From NCBI GenBank assembly GCA_964016885.1, contig OZ024740.1, forward strand, positions 438,278,001 to 438,342,000: a stretch of 64,000 nt of DNA. Direction: 5' to 3'. Origin of the DNA: Eledone cirrhosa (Eukaryota). The notes under the pieces were generated by a model. It was given only the letters and a program-made list of their open reading frames with translations, did not search any database and was not told where the DNA came from. The translations under genes and the position numbers were made by a program. Of the stretch, positions 1 through 17,000 are shown piece after piece; the stretch's first letter is position 1; each line of letters opens with the position of its first letter.

Positions 1-3000
1 AGACCTTTATAGAACATACTTTAATAGAACATGCCTTTATAGAACAGACCTTTATAGAACACACCTTTATCGAACATACCTTTATAGAACATACCTTTAT
101 AGAACATACCTTTATAGAATAGACCTTTATAAAACATACCTTTATAGAACATACCTTTATAGAACAAACCTTTATAGAACACACCTTAATAGAACATACC
201 TTTATAGAACATACCTTTATAGAATAGACCTTTATAGAACATACCTTTTTAGAACACACCTTTATAGAACATATCTTTATAGAACAGACCTTTATAGAAC
301 ATACCTTTATATTACACAACTTTATAGTACACACCTTTAGCGTACATACCTTAATAGAACAGACCTTTATAGAACATATCTTTAGAGAAGATAACTTTAT
401 AGAATAGACCTTTATAGAACACACCTTTATAGAATACAGCTTTATAGAACAGACCTTTATAGAACATACCTTTATAGAACATACCTTTATAGAACACACC
501 TTTATAGTACATACCTTAAAAGAACATACCTTTATAGAACACACCCTTATAGTACATACATTAATAGAACATACCTTAATAGAACATACCTTTATATAAC
601 ATACCTTTATTATTATTACCTTTATATAACACACCTTTATAGAATACACCTTTATAGAACATACCTTTATAGAACATACCTTTATAGAACATACCTTTAT
701 AGAACATACCTTTATAGAACATACCTTTATAGAATATACCTTTATAGAATATACCTTTATAGAACATACCTTTATAGAACATACCTTTATAGAACATACC
801 TTTATAGAATATACCTTTATAGAACATACCTTTATAGAACAGACCTTTATAGAACATACCTTTATAGAATATACCTTTATAGAACAGACCTTTATAGAAC
901 ATACCTTTATAGAACATACATTTATAGAACATACCTTTATAGAACATACCTTTATAGAACATACCTTTATAGAACAGACCTTTATAGAACATACCTTTAT
1001 AGAACACACCTTTATAGAACATACCTTTATAGAACATACCTCAATATAACATACCTTAATAGAACACACCTTTATAGAACACACCCTTATAGAACATACC
1101 TTTATAGAATATACCTTTATAGAATATACCTTTCTATTACACAACTTTATAGTACACACCTTTAGCGTACATACCTTAATAGAACAGACCTTTGTAGAAC
1201 ATACCTTTATAGAACATACCTTTATAGTACATACCTTTATAGTACATACCTTAATAGAACATACCTTTATAGAACATAGCTTCATAGAACACACCTTAAT
1301 AGAACACACTTTTATAGAACATAGCTTAATAGAACATACCTTTATAGAACAGACCTTTATAGAACACACCTTTATAGAACATACCTTTATAGAACATACC
1401 TTTATAGAATAGACCTTTATAGAATAGAGCTTTATAAAACATACCTTTATAGAACATACCTTTATAGAACATACCTTTATAGAACACACCTTTATAGAAC
1501 ATACCTTTATAGAACATACCTTTATAGAATAGACCTTTATAGAACATACCTTTTTAGAACACACCTTTATAGAACATATCTTCATAGAACAGACCTTTAT
1601 AGAACATACCTTTATAGTACATACCTTTATAGTACATACCTTAATAGAACATGTCTTTATAGAAAATACCTTTATAGAACAGACCTTTATAGAACATACC
1701 TTTATAGAAAATACCTTTATAGTACATAACTTAAAAGAACATACCTTTATAGAACACACCTTTATAGTACATACATTAATAGAACATACCTTAATAGAAC
1801 ATATCTTTATAGAACATACCTTTATTATTATTACCTTTATAGAACACACCTTTATAGAATACACCTTTATAGAACATACCTTTATAGAACACACCTTTAT
1901 AGAACAGACCTTTATAGAACATACCTTTATAGAACACACCTTTATAGAACAGACCTTTATAGAACATACCTTTATAGAATATACCTTTATAGAACAGACC
2001 TTTATAGAACATACCTTTATAGAACACACCTTAATAGAACATGCCTTTATAGAACATACCTTTATAGAAAATACCTTTATAGAAAATACCTTTATAGAAC
2101 ATACCTTTATAGAACATACCTTTATAGAAAACACCTTAATAAAACATACCTTTATAGAACATACCTTTATAGAACATACCTTTATAGAACATACCTTTAT
2201 AGAACATACCTTTATAGAATATACCTTTATAGAATATACCTTTATAGAACATACCTTTATAGAACATACCTTTATAGAACATACCTTTATAGAATATACC
2301 TTTATAGAACATACCTTTATAGAACAGACCTTTATAGAACATACCTTTATAGAATATACCTTTATAGAACAGACCTTTATAGAACATACCTTTATAGAAC
2401 ATACATTTATAGAACATACCTTTATAGAACATACCTTTATAGAACATACCTTTATAGAACAGACCTTTATAGAACATACCTTTATAGAACACACCTTTAT
2501 AGAACATACCTTTATAGAACATACCTCAATATAACATACCTTAATAGAACACACCTTTATAGAACACACCCTTATAGAACATACCTTTATAGAATATACC
2601 TTTATAGAATATACCTTTCTATTACACAACTTTATAGTACACACCTTTAGCGTACATACCTTAATAGAACAGACCTTTGTAGAACATACCTTTATAGAAC
2701 ATACCTTTATAGTACATACCTTTATAGTACATACCTTAATAGAACATACCTTTATAGAACATAGCTTCATAGAACACACCTTAATAGAACACACTTTTAT
2801 AGAACATAGCTTAATAGAACATACCTTAATAGAACAGACCTTTATAGAACATATCTTTAGAGAAGATAACTTTATAGCATAGACCTTGATAGAACACACC
2901 TTTATAGAATACAGCTTTATAGAACAGACCTTTATAGAACACACCTTTATAGAACAGACCTTTATAGAACACACCTTTATAGAACATACCTTTATAGAAC

Positions 3001-5069
3001 ATACCTTTATAGAATAGACCTTTATAGAATAGAGCTTTATAAAACATACCTTTATAGAACATACCTTTATAGAACATACCTTTATAGAACACACCTTTAT
3101 AGAACATACCTTTATAGAACATACCTTTATAGAATAGACCTTTATAGAACATACCTTTTTAGAACACACCTTTATAGAACATATCTTCATAGAACAGACC
3201 TTTATAGAACATACCTTTATAGTACATACCTTTATAGTACATACCTTAATAGAACATGTCTTTATAGAAAATACCTTTATAGAACAGACCTTTATAGAAC
3301 ATACCTTTATAGAAAATACCTTTATAGAAAATACCTTTATAGAACATACCTTTATAGAACATACCTTTATAGAACATACATTTATAGAACATACCTTTAT
3401 AGAACATACCTTAATAGAACATACCTTTATAGAACATAGCTTTATAGAACACACCTTAATAGAACACACTTTTATAGAACATAGCTTAATAGAACATACC
3501 TTTATAGAACAGACCTTTATAGAACATACCTTTATAGAACATACCTTTATAGTACATACCTTTATAGTACATACCTTAATAGAACATACCTTTATAGAAC
3601 ATAGCTTTATAGAACACACCTTAATAGAACACACTTTTATAGAACATAGCTTAATAGAACATACCTTTATAGAACAGACCTTTATAGAACACACCTTTAT
3701 AGAACATACCTTTATAGAACATACCTTTATAGAATAGACCTTTATAGAATAGAGCTTTATAAAACATACCTTTATAGAACATACCTTTATAGAACATACC
3801 TTTATAGAACACACCTTTATAGAACATACCTTTATAGAACATACCTTTATAGAATAGACCTTTATAGAACATACCTTTTTAGAACACACCTTTATAGAAC
3901 ATATCTTCATAGAACAGACCTTTATAGAACATACCTTTATAGTACATACCTTTATAGTACATACCTTAATAGAACATGTCTTTATAGAAAATACCTTTAT
4001 AGAACAGACCTTTATAGAACATACCTTTATAGAAAATACCTTTATAGAAAATACCTTTATAGAACATACCTTTATAGAACATACCTTTATAGAACATACC
4101 TTTATAGAAAACACCTTAATAAAACATACCTTTATAGAACATACCTTTATAGAACATACCTTTATAGAACATACCTTTATAGAACATACCTTTATAGAAT
4201 ATACCTTTATAGAATATACCTTTATAGAACAGACCTTTATAGAACATACCTTTATAGAATATACCTTTATAGAATATACCTTTATAGAACATACCTTTAG
4301 AGAACATACCTTTGTAGAACATACCTTTATAGAACATACCTTTATAGAACACACCTTAAAAGAACATACCTTTATAGAACATACCTTTATAGAACATACA
4401 TTTATAGAACATACCTTTATAGAACATACCTTTATAGAATATACCTTTATAGAATATACCTTTAACGAACAGACCTTTATAGAACATACCTTTATAGAAC
4501 ATACCTTTATAGAACATACCTTTATAGAACATACCTTTATAGAACAGACCTTTATAGAACATACCTTTATAGAAAATAACTTTATAGAACATACCTTTAT
4601 AGAACACACCTTTATAGAACATACCTTTATAGAACATACCTCAATATAACATACCTTAATAGAACACACCTTTATAGAACACACCTTTATAGAACATACC
4701 TTTATAGAATATACCTTTATAGAATATACCTTTATATTACACAACTTTATAGTACACACCTTTAGCGTACATACCTTAATAGAACACACCTTTATAGAAC
4801 ATACCTTTATAGAACATATCTTTATAGTACATACCTTTATAGTACATGCCTTAATAGAACATACCTTTATAGAACATAGCTTTATAGAACACACCTTAAT
4901 AGAACACAGCTTTATAGAACATAGCTTAATAGAACACATCTTTATGGAACATACCTTTATAGTTATTACCTTTATAGAACACACCTTTATAGAACAGACT
5001 TTTATAGTTATTACCTTTATCGAACACACCTTTATAGAACATAACTTCATAGAACATACCTTTATAGAA

Positions 5070-8000
5070 CAGACCTTTATAGAACATACTTTAATAGAAC
5101 ATGCCTTTATAGAACAGACCTTTATAGAACACACCTTTATCGAACATACCTTTATAGAACATACCTTTATAGAACATACCTTTATAGAATAGACCTTTAT
5201 AAAACATACCTTTATAGAACATACCTTTATAGAACAAACCTTTATAGAACACACCTTAATAGAACATACCTTTATAGAACATACCTTTATAGAATAGACC
5301 TTTATAGAACATACCTTTTTAGAACACACCTTTATAGAACATATCTTTATAGAACAGACCTTTATAGAACATACCTTTATATTACACAACTTTATAGTAC
5401 ACACCTTTAGCGTACATACCTTAATAGAACAGACCTTTATAGAACATATCTTTAGAGAAGATAACTTTATAGAATAGACCTTTATAGAACACACCTTTAT
5501 AGAATACAGCTTTATAGAACAGACCTTTATAGAACATACCTTTATAGAACATACCTTTATAGAACACACCTTTATAGTACATACCTTAAAAGAACATACC
5601 TTTATAGAACACACCTTTATAGTACATACATTAATAGAACATACCTTAATAGAACATACCTTTATATAACATACCTTTATTATTATTACCTTTATATAAC
5701 ACACCTTTATAGAATACACCTTTATAGAACATACCTTTATAGAACACACCTTTATAGAACAGACCTTTATAGAACATACCTTTATAGAACACACCTTTAT
5801 AGAACAGACCTTTATAGAACATACCTTTATAGAATATACCTTTATAGAACAGACCTTTATAGAACATACCTTTATAGAACATACCTTTATAGAACATACC
5901 TTTATAGAACATACCTTTATAGAACATACCTTTATAGAACAGACCTTTATAGAACATACCTTTATAGAAAATATCTTTATAGAACATACCTTTATAGAAC
6001 ACACCTTTATAGAACATACCTTTATAGAACATACCTCAATATAACATACCTTAATAGAACAGACCTTTATAGAACACACCCTTATAGAACATACCTTTAT
6101 AGAATATACCTTTATAGAATATACCTTTATATTACACAACTTTATAGTACACACCTTTAGCGTACATACCTTAATAGAACAGACCTTTGTAGAACATACC
6201 TTTATAGAACATACCTTTATAGTACATACCTTTATAGTACATACCTTAATAGAACATACCTTTATAGAACATAGCTTTATAGAACACACCTTAATAGAAC
6301 ACACCTTTATAGAACATAGCTTAATAGAACATACCTTTATAGAACAGACCTTTATAGAACACACCTTTATAGAACATACCTTTATAGAACATACCTTTAT
6401 AGAATAGACCTTTATAGAATAGACCTTTATAAAACATACCTTTATAGAACATACCTTTATAGAACATACCTTTATAGAACACACCTTTATAGAACATACC
6501 TTTATAGAACATAACTTTATAGAATAGACCTTTATAGAACATACCTTTTTAGAACACACCTTTATAGAACATATCTTCATAGAACAGACCTTTATAGAAC
6601 ATACCTTTATAGAACATACCTTTATAGAACACACCTTTATAGAACAGACCTTTATAGAACATACCTTCATAGAACATACCTTAATAGAACAGACCTTTAT
6701 AGAACATATCTTTAGAGAAGATAACTTTATAGAATAGACCTTGATAGAACACACCTTTATAGAATACAGCTTTATAGAACAGACATTTATAGAACACACC
6801 TTTATAGAACAGACCTTTATAGAACATACCTTTATAGAACACACCTTTATAGAACAGACCTTTATAGAACATACCTTTATAGAATATACCTTTATAGAAC
6901 AGACCTTTATAGAACATACCTTTATAGAACACACCTTAATAGAACATGCCTTTATAGAACAGGCCTTTATAGAACATACCTTTATAGTACATACCTTTAT
7001 AGTACATACCTTAATAGAACATGTCTTTATAGAAAATACCTTTATAGAACAGACCTTTATAGAACATACCTTTATAGAAAATACCTTTATAGAAAATACC
7101 TTTATAGAACATACCTTTATAGAACATACCTTTATAGAACATACCTTTATAGAAAACACCTTAATAAAACATACCTTTATAGAACATACCTTTATAGAAC
7201 ATACCTTTATAGAACATACCTTTATAGAACATACCTTTATAGAATATACCTTTATAGAATATACCTTTATAGAACAGACCTTTATAGAACATACCTTTAT
7301 AGAATATACCTTTATAGAATATACCTTTATAGAACATACCTTTAGAGAACATACCTTTGTAGAACATACCTTTATAGAACATACCTTTATAGAACACACC
7401 TTAAAAGAACATACCTTTATAGAACATACCTTTATAGAACATACCTTTATAGAACATACCTTTATAGAACATACCTTTATAGAATATACCTTTATAGAAT
7501 ATACCTTTAACGAACAGACCTTTATAGAACATACCTTTATAGAACACACCTTTATAGAACATACCTTTATAGAACATACCTTTATAGAACAGACCTTTAT
7601 AGAACATACCTTTATAGAAAATAACTTTATAGAACATACCTTTATAGAACACACCTTTATAGAACATAACTTTATAGAACATACCTCAATATAACATACC
7701 TTAATAGAACACACCTTCATAGAACATACCTTTATAGAACATACCTTTATAGAATATACCTTTATAGAATATACCTTTATATTACACAACTTTATAGTAC
7801 ACACCTTTAGCGTACATACCTTAATAGAACACACCTTTATAGAACATACCTTTATAGAACATACCTTTATAGTACATACCTTTATAGTACATACCTTAAT
7901 AGAACATACCTTTATAGAACATAGCTTTATAGAACACACCTTAATAGAACACACCTTTATAGAACATAGCTTAATAGAACATACCTTTATAGAACAGACC

Positions 8001-11000
8001 TTTATAGAACATACCTTTATAGAACATAGCTTTATAGTACAAACCTTTATAATACATACCTTTATAGTACATACCTTTATAGAACACACCTTTATGGAAC
8101 ATACCTTTATAGTTATTACCTTTATAGAACACACCTTTATAGAACAGACTTTTATAGTTATTACCTTTATCGAACACACCTTTATAGAACATAACTTCAT
8201 AGAACATACCTTTATAGAACATACCTTTATAGAACATACTTTAATAGAAAATGCCTTTATAGAACAGACCTTTATAGAACACACCTTTATCGAACATACC
8301 TTTATAGAACATACCTTTATAGAACATACCTTTATAGAACATACCTTTATAGAACACACCTTTATAGAACATACCTTCATAGAACATACCTTTATAGAAC
8401 ATAACTTTATAGAACATACCTTTATAGAACAGACCTTTATAGAACATACCTTTATAGAACACACCTTTATAGAACAGACCTTTATAGAACATACCTTTAT
8501 AGAACACACCTTTATAGAACAGACCTTTATAGAACATACCTTTATAGAATATACCATTATAGAACAGACCTTTAGAGAACATACCTTTATAGAACATACC
8601 TTTATAGAACCCGGCCTTTATAGAAAAGACCTTTATAGAACACACCTTTATAGAACAGAACTTTATAGAACATACCTTCATAGAACACACCTTTATAGAA
8701 CATACCTTTATAGAATATACCATTATAGAACAGGCCTTTATAGAACACACCTTTATAGAACATACCTTTATAGAACACACCTTTATAGAACATACCTTTA
8801 TAGAACATACCTTTATAGAACACACCTTTATAGAAGAGACCTGTATAGAACATACCTTCATAGAACATACCTTTATAGAACATACCTTTATAGAACACAC
8901 CTTTATAGATCATACCTTTATAGAACATACCTTTATAGAACCTATCTTTATAGAATAGACCTTTATAGAACATACCTTTATCGTACATAACTTTATAGTA
9001 CATACCTTAATAGAACATACCTTTATAGAACACACCTTTATAAAACATACCTTTATACAACACACCTTTATAGAACATACCTTTATAGAACATACCTTTA
9101 TAGAACATACCTTTATAGAACACACCTTTATAGAACATACATTTATAGAAAAGCCCTTTATAGAAAAGCCCTTTATAGAACACACCTTTATAATACATAC
9201 CTTTATAGAACACGCATTTATAGAACATCCCTTTATAGAACATAACTTTATAGAATAGACCTTTATAAAACATACCTTTATAGAACATACCTTTATAGAA
9301 CAAACCTTTATAGAACACACCTTAATAGAACATACCTTTATAGAACATACCTTTATAGAATAGACCTTTATAGAACATACCTTTTTAGAACACACCTTTA
9401 TAGAACATATCTTTATAGAACAGACCTTTATAGAACATACCTTTATATTACACAACTTTATAGTACAAACCTTTAGCGTACATACCTTAATAGAACATAC
9501 CTTTATAGAACATATCTTTAGAGAAGATAACTTTATAGAATAGACTTTTATAGAACACACCTTTATAGAATACAGCTTTATAGAACAGACCTTTATAGAA
9601 CACACCTTTATAGTACATACCTTAAAAGAACATACCTTTATAGAACACACCTTTATAGTACATACATTAATAGAACATACCTTACTAGAACATACCTTTA
9701 TAGAACATACCTTTATTATTATTACCTTTATATAACACACCTTTATAGAATACACCTTTATAGAACATACCTTTATAGAACACACCTTTATAGAACAGAC
9801 CTTTATAGAACATACCTTTATAGAACACACCTTTATAGAACAGACCTTTATAGAACATACCTTTATAGAATATACCTTTATAGAACAGACCTTTATAGAA
9901 CATACCTTTATAGAACATACCTTTATAGAACATACCTTTATAGAACATACCTTTATAGAACATACCTTTATAGAACAGACCTTTATAGAACATACCTTTA
10001 TAGAAAATATCTTTATAGAACATACCTTTATAGAACACACCTTTATAGAACATACCTTTATAGAACATACCTCAATATAACATACCTTAATAGAACACAC
10101 CTTTATAGAACACACCCTTATAGAACATACCTTTATAGAATATACCTTTATAGAATATACCTTTATATTACACAACTTTATAGTACACACCTTTAGCGTA
10201 CATACCTTAATAGAACAGACCTTTGTAGAACATACCTTTATAGAACATACCTTTATAGTACATACCTTTATAGTACATACCTTAATAGAACATACCTTTA
10301 TAGAACATAGCTTTATAGAACACACCTTAATAGAACACACCTTTATAGAACATAGCTTAATAGAACATACCTTTATAGAACAGACCTTTATAGAACACAC
10401 CTTTATAGAACATACCTTTATAGAACATACCTTTATAGAATAGACCTTTATAGAATAGACCTTTATAAAACATACCTTTATAGAACATACCTTTATAGAA
10501 CATACCTTTATAAAACACACCTTTATAGAACATACCTTTATAGAACATACCTTTATAGAATAGACCTTTATAGAACATACCTTTTTAGAACACAACTTTA
10601 TAGAACATATCTTCATAGAACAGACCTTTATAGAACATACCTTTATAGAACATACCTTTATAGAACACACCTTTATAGAACAGACCTTTATAGAACATAC
10701 CTTTATAGAACTCACCTTTATAGAACAGACCTTTATAGAACATACCTTCATAGAACATACCTTAATAGAAGAGACCTTTATAGAACATATCTTTAGAGAA
10801 GATAACTTTATAGAATAGACCTTGATAGAACACACCTTTATAGAATACAGCTTTATAGAACAGACCTTTATAGAACACACCTTTATAGAACATACCTTTA
10901 TAGAACACACCTTTATAGTACATACCTTAAAAGAACATACCTTTATAGAACACACCTTTATAGTACATACATTAATAGAACATACCTTAATAGAACATAT

Positions 11001-14000
11001 CTTTATAGAACATACCTTTATTATTATTACCTTTATAGAACACACCTTTATAGAATACACCTTTATAGAACATACCTTTATAGAACACACCTTTATAGAA
11101 CAGACCTTTATAGAACATACATTTATAGAACACACCTTTATAGAACAGACCTTTATAGAACATACCTTTATAGAATATACCTTTATAGAACAGACCTTTA
11201 TAGAACATACCTTTATAGAACACACCTTAATAGAACATGCCTTTATAGAACAGGCCTTTATAGAACATACCTTTATAGAACATACCTTTATAGAACATAC
11301 CTTTATAGAACATATCTTTATAGAACAGACCTTTATAGAACATACCTTTATATAAAATAACTTTATAGAACATACCTTTATAGATTATAGAACACACCTT
11401 CATAGAACATACCTTTATAGAACATACCTCAATATAACATACCTTAATAGAACACACTTTTATAGAACACACCTTTATAGAACATACCTTTATAGAATAT
11501 ACCTTTATAGAATATACCTTTATATTACACAACTTTATAGTACACACCTTTAGCGTACATACCTTAATAGAACACACCTTTATAGAACATACCTTTATAG
11601 AACATACCTTTATAGTACATACCTTTATAGTACATACCTTAATAGAACATACCTTTATAGAACATAGCTTTATAGAACACACCTTAATAGAACACACCTT
11701 TATAGAACATAGCTTAATAGAACATACCTTTATAGAACAGACCTTTATAGAACATACCTTTATAGAACATAGCTTTATAGTACAAACCTTTATAATACAT
11801 ACCTTTATAGTACATACCTTTATAGAACACACCTTTATGGAACATACCTTTATAGTTATTACCTTTATAGAACACACCTTTATAGAACAGACTTTTATAG
11901 TTATTACCTTTATGGAACACACCTTTATAGAACATAACTTCATAGAACATACCTTTATAGAACAGACCTTTATAGAACATACTTTAATAGAACATGCCTT
12001 TATAGAACATACCTTCATAGAACACACCTTTATAGAACAGACCTTTATAGAACATACCTTCATAGAACACACCTTTATAGAACACACCTTTATCGAACAT
12101 ACCTTTATAGAACATACCTTTATAGAACATACCTTTATAGAACATACCTTTATAGAACACACCTTTATAGAACAGACCTTTATAGAACATACCTTCATAG
12201 AACACACCTTTATAGAACACACCTTTATAGAACATACCTTCATAGAACATACCTTTATAGAACATAACTTTATAGAACATACCTTTATAGAACAGACCTT
12301 TATAGAACATACCTTTATAGAACACACCTTTATAGAACAGACCTTTATAGAACATACCTTTATAGAACACACCTTTATAGAACAGACCTTTATAGAACAT
12401 ACCTTTATAGAATATACCATTATAGAACAGACATTTAGAGAACATACCTTTATAGAACATACCTTTATAAAACCCGGCCTTTATAGAAAAAACCTTTATA
12501 GAACACACCTTTATAGAACAGAACTTTATAGAACATACCTTCATAGAACACACCTTTATAGAACATACCTTTATAGAATATACCATTATAGAACAGGCCT
12601 TTATAGAACACACCTTTATAGAACATACCTTTATAGAACACACCTTTATAGAACAGACCTTTATAGAACATACCTTTATAGAACACACCTTTATAGAACA
12701 GACCTGTATAGAACATACCTTCATAGAACATATCTTTATAGAACATACCTTTATAGAACACACCTTTATAGAACATACCTTTATAGAACATACCTTTATA
12801 GAACCTATCTTTATAGAATAGACCTTTATAGAACATACCTTTATAGTACATAACTTTATAGTACATACCTTAATAGAACATACCTTTATAGAACACACCT
12901 TTATAAAACATACCTTTATACAACACACCTTTATAGAACATACCTTTATAGAACATACCTTTATAGAACATACCTTTATAGAACACACCTTTATAGAACA
13001 TACATTTATAGAAAAGCCCTTTATAGAACACACCTTTATAATACATACCTTTATAGAACACACCTTTATAGAACATCCCTTTATAGAACATAACTTTATA
13101 GAATAGACCTTTATAAAACATACCTTTATAGAACATACCTTTATAGAACAAACCTTTATAGAACACACCTTAATAGAACATACCTTTATAGAACATACCT
13201 TTATAGAATAGACCTTTATAGAACATAACTTTTTAGAACACACCTTTATAGAACATATCTTTATAGAACAGACCTTTATAGAACACACCTTTATATTACA
13301 CAACTTTATAGTACACACCTTTAGCGTACATACCTTAATAGAACAGACCTTTATAGAAAATATCTTTAGAGAAGATGACTTTATAGAATAGACCTTTATA
13401 GAACACACCTTTATAGAATACAGCTTTATAGAACAGACCTTTATAGAACACACCTTTATAGAACATACCTTTATAGAACACACCTTTATAGTACATACCT
13501 TAAAAGAACATACCTTTATAGAACACACCTTTATAGTACATACATTAATAGAACATACCTTAATAGAACATACCTTTATAGAACATACCTTTATTATTAT
13601 TACCTTTATATAACACACCTTTATAGAATACACCTTTATAGAACATACCTTTATTGAACACACCTTTATAGAACAGACCTTTATAGAACATACCTTTATA
13701 GAACACACCTTTATAGAACAGACCTTTATAGAACATACCTTTATAGAATATACCTTTATAGAACAGACCTTTATAGAACATACCTTTATAGAACATACCT
13801 TTATAGAACATACCTTTATACAACATACCTTTATAGAACATACCTTTATAGAACAGACCTTTATAGAACATACCTTTATAGAAAATATCTTTATAGAACA
13901 TACCTTTATAGAACACACCTTTATAGAACATACCTTTATAGAACATACCTCAATATAACATACCTTAATAGAACACACCTTTATAGAACACACCCTTATA

Positions 14001-17000
14001 GAACATACCTTTATAGAATATACCTTTATAGAATATACCTTTATATTACACAACTTTATAGTACACACCTTTAGCGTACATACCTTAATAGAACAGACCT
14101 TTGTAGAACATACCTTTATAGAACATATCTTTATAGTACATACCTTTATAGTACATACCTTAATAGAACATACCTTTATAGAACATAGCTTTATAGAACA
14201 CACCTTAATAGAACACACCTTTATAGAACATAGCTTAATAGAACATACCTTTATAGAACAGACCTTTATAGAACACACCTTTATAGAACATACCTTTATA
14301 GAACATACCTTTATAGAATAGACCTTTATAGAATAGACCTTTATAAAACATACCTTTATAGAACATACCTTTATAGAACATACCTTTATAAAACACACCT
14401 TTATAGAACATACCTTTATAGAACATACCTTTATAGAATAGACCTTTATAGAACATACCTTTTTAGAACACACCTTTATAGAACATATCTTCATAGAACA
14501 GACCTTTATAGAACATACCTTTATAGAACATACCTTTATAGAACACACCTTTATAGAACAGACCTTTATAGAACATACCTTTATAGAACTCACCTTTATA
14601 GAACAGACCTTTATAGAACATACCTTCATAGAACATACCTTAATAGAAGAGACCTTTATAGAACATATCTTTAGAGAAGATAACTTTATAGAATAGACCT
14701 TGATAGAACACACCTTTATAGAATACAGCTTTATAGAACAGACCTTTATAGAACACACCTTTATAGAACATACCTTTATAGAACACACCTTTATAGTACA
14801 TACCTTAAAAGAACATACCTTTATAGAACACACCTTTATAGTACATACATTAATAGAACATACCTTAATAGAACATATCTTTATAGAACATACCTTTATT
14901 ATTATTACCTTTATAGAACACACCTTTATAGAATACACCTTTATAGAACATACCTTTATAGAACACACCTTTATAGAACAGACCCTTATAGAACATACAT
15001 TTATAGAACACACCTTTATAGAACAGACCTTTATAGAACATACCTTTATAGAATATACCTTTATAGAACAGACCTTTATAGAACATACTTTTATAGAACA
15101 CACCTTAATAGAACAGGCCTTTATAGAACAGGCCTTTATAGAACATACCTTTATAGAACATACCTTTATAGAACATACCTTTATAGAACATACCTTTATA
15201 GAACAGACCTTTATAGAACATACCTTTATAGAAAATAACTTTATAGAACATACCTTTATAGAACACACCTTTATAGAACATACCTTTATAGAAAATACCT
15301 CAATATAACATACCTTAATAGAACACACTTTTATAGAACACACCTTTATAGACATACCTTTATAGAATATACCTTTATAGAATATACCTTTATATTACAC
15401 AACTTTATAGTACACACCTTTAGCGTACATACCTTAATAGAACACACCTTTATAGAACATACCTTTATAGAACATACCTTTATAGTACATACCTTTATAG
15501 TACATACCTTAATAGAACATACCTTTATAGAACATAGCTTTATAGAACACACCTTAATAGAACACCCCTTTATAGAACATAGCTTAATAGAACATACCTT
15601 TATAGAACAGACCTTTATAGAACATACCTTTATAGAACATAGCTTTATAGTACAAACATTTATAATACATACCTTTATAGTACATACCTTTATAGAACAC
15701 ACCTTTATGGAACATACCTTTATAGTTATTACCTTTATAGAACACACCTTTATAGAACAGACTTTTATAGTTATTACCTTTATGGAACACAGCTTTATAG
15801 AACATAACTTCATAGAACATACCTTTATAGAACAGACCTTTATAGAACATACTTTAATAGAACATGCCTTTATAGAACAGACCTTTATAGAACACACCTT
15901 TATCGAACATACCTTTATAGAACATACCTTTATAGAACATACCTTTATAGAACATACCTTTATAGAACATACCTTTATAGAACAGACCTTTATAGAACAT
16001 ACCTTCATAGAACACACCTTTATAGAACACACCTTTATAGAACATACCTTCATAGAACATACCTTTATAGAACATAACTTTATAGAACATACCTTTATAG
16101 AACAGACCTTTATAGAACATACCTTTATAGAACACACCTTTATAGAACAGACCTTTATAGAACATACCTTTATAGAACACACCTTTATAGAACAGACCTT
16201 TATAGAACATACCTTTATAGAATATACCATTATAGAACAGACATTTAGAGAACATACCTTTATAGAACATACCTTTATAGAACCCGGCCTTTATAGAAAA
16301 GACCTTTATAGAACACACCTTTATAGAACAGAACTTTATAGAACATACCTTCATAGAACACACCTTTATAGAACATACCTTTATAGAATATACCATTATA
16401 GAACAGGCCTTTATAGAACACACCTTTATAGAACATACCTTTATAGAACACACCTTTATAGAACAGACCTTTATAGAACATACCTTTATAGAACACACCT
16501 TTATAGAACAGACCTGTATAGAACATACCTTCATAGAACATATCTTTATAGAACATACCTTTATAGAACACACCTTTATAGAACATACCTTTATAGAACA
16601 TACCTTTATAGAACCTATCTTTATAGAATAGACCTTTATAGAACATACCTTTATAGTACATAACTTTATAGTACATACCTTAATAGAACATACCTTTATA
16701 GAACACACCTTTATAAAACATACCTTTATACAACACACCTTTATAGAACATACCTTTATAGAACATACCTTTATAGAACATACCTTTATAGAACACACCT
16801 TTATAGAACATACATTTATAGAAAAGCCCTTTATAGAACACACCTTTATAATACATACCTTTATAGAACATAACTTTATAGAATATACCTTTATAAAACA
16901 TACCTTTATAGAACATACCTTTATAGAACAAACCTTTATAGAACACACCTTAATAGAACATACCTTTATAGAACATACCTTTATAGAATAGACCTTTATA

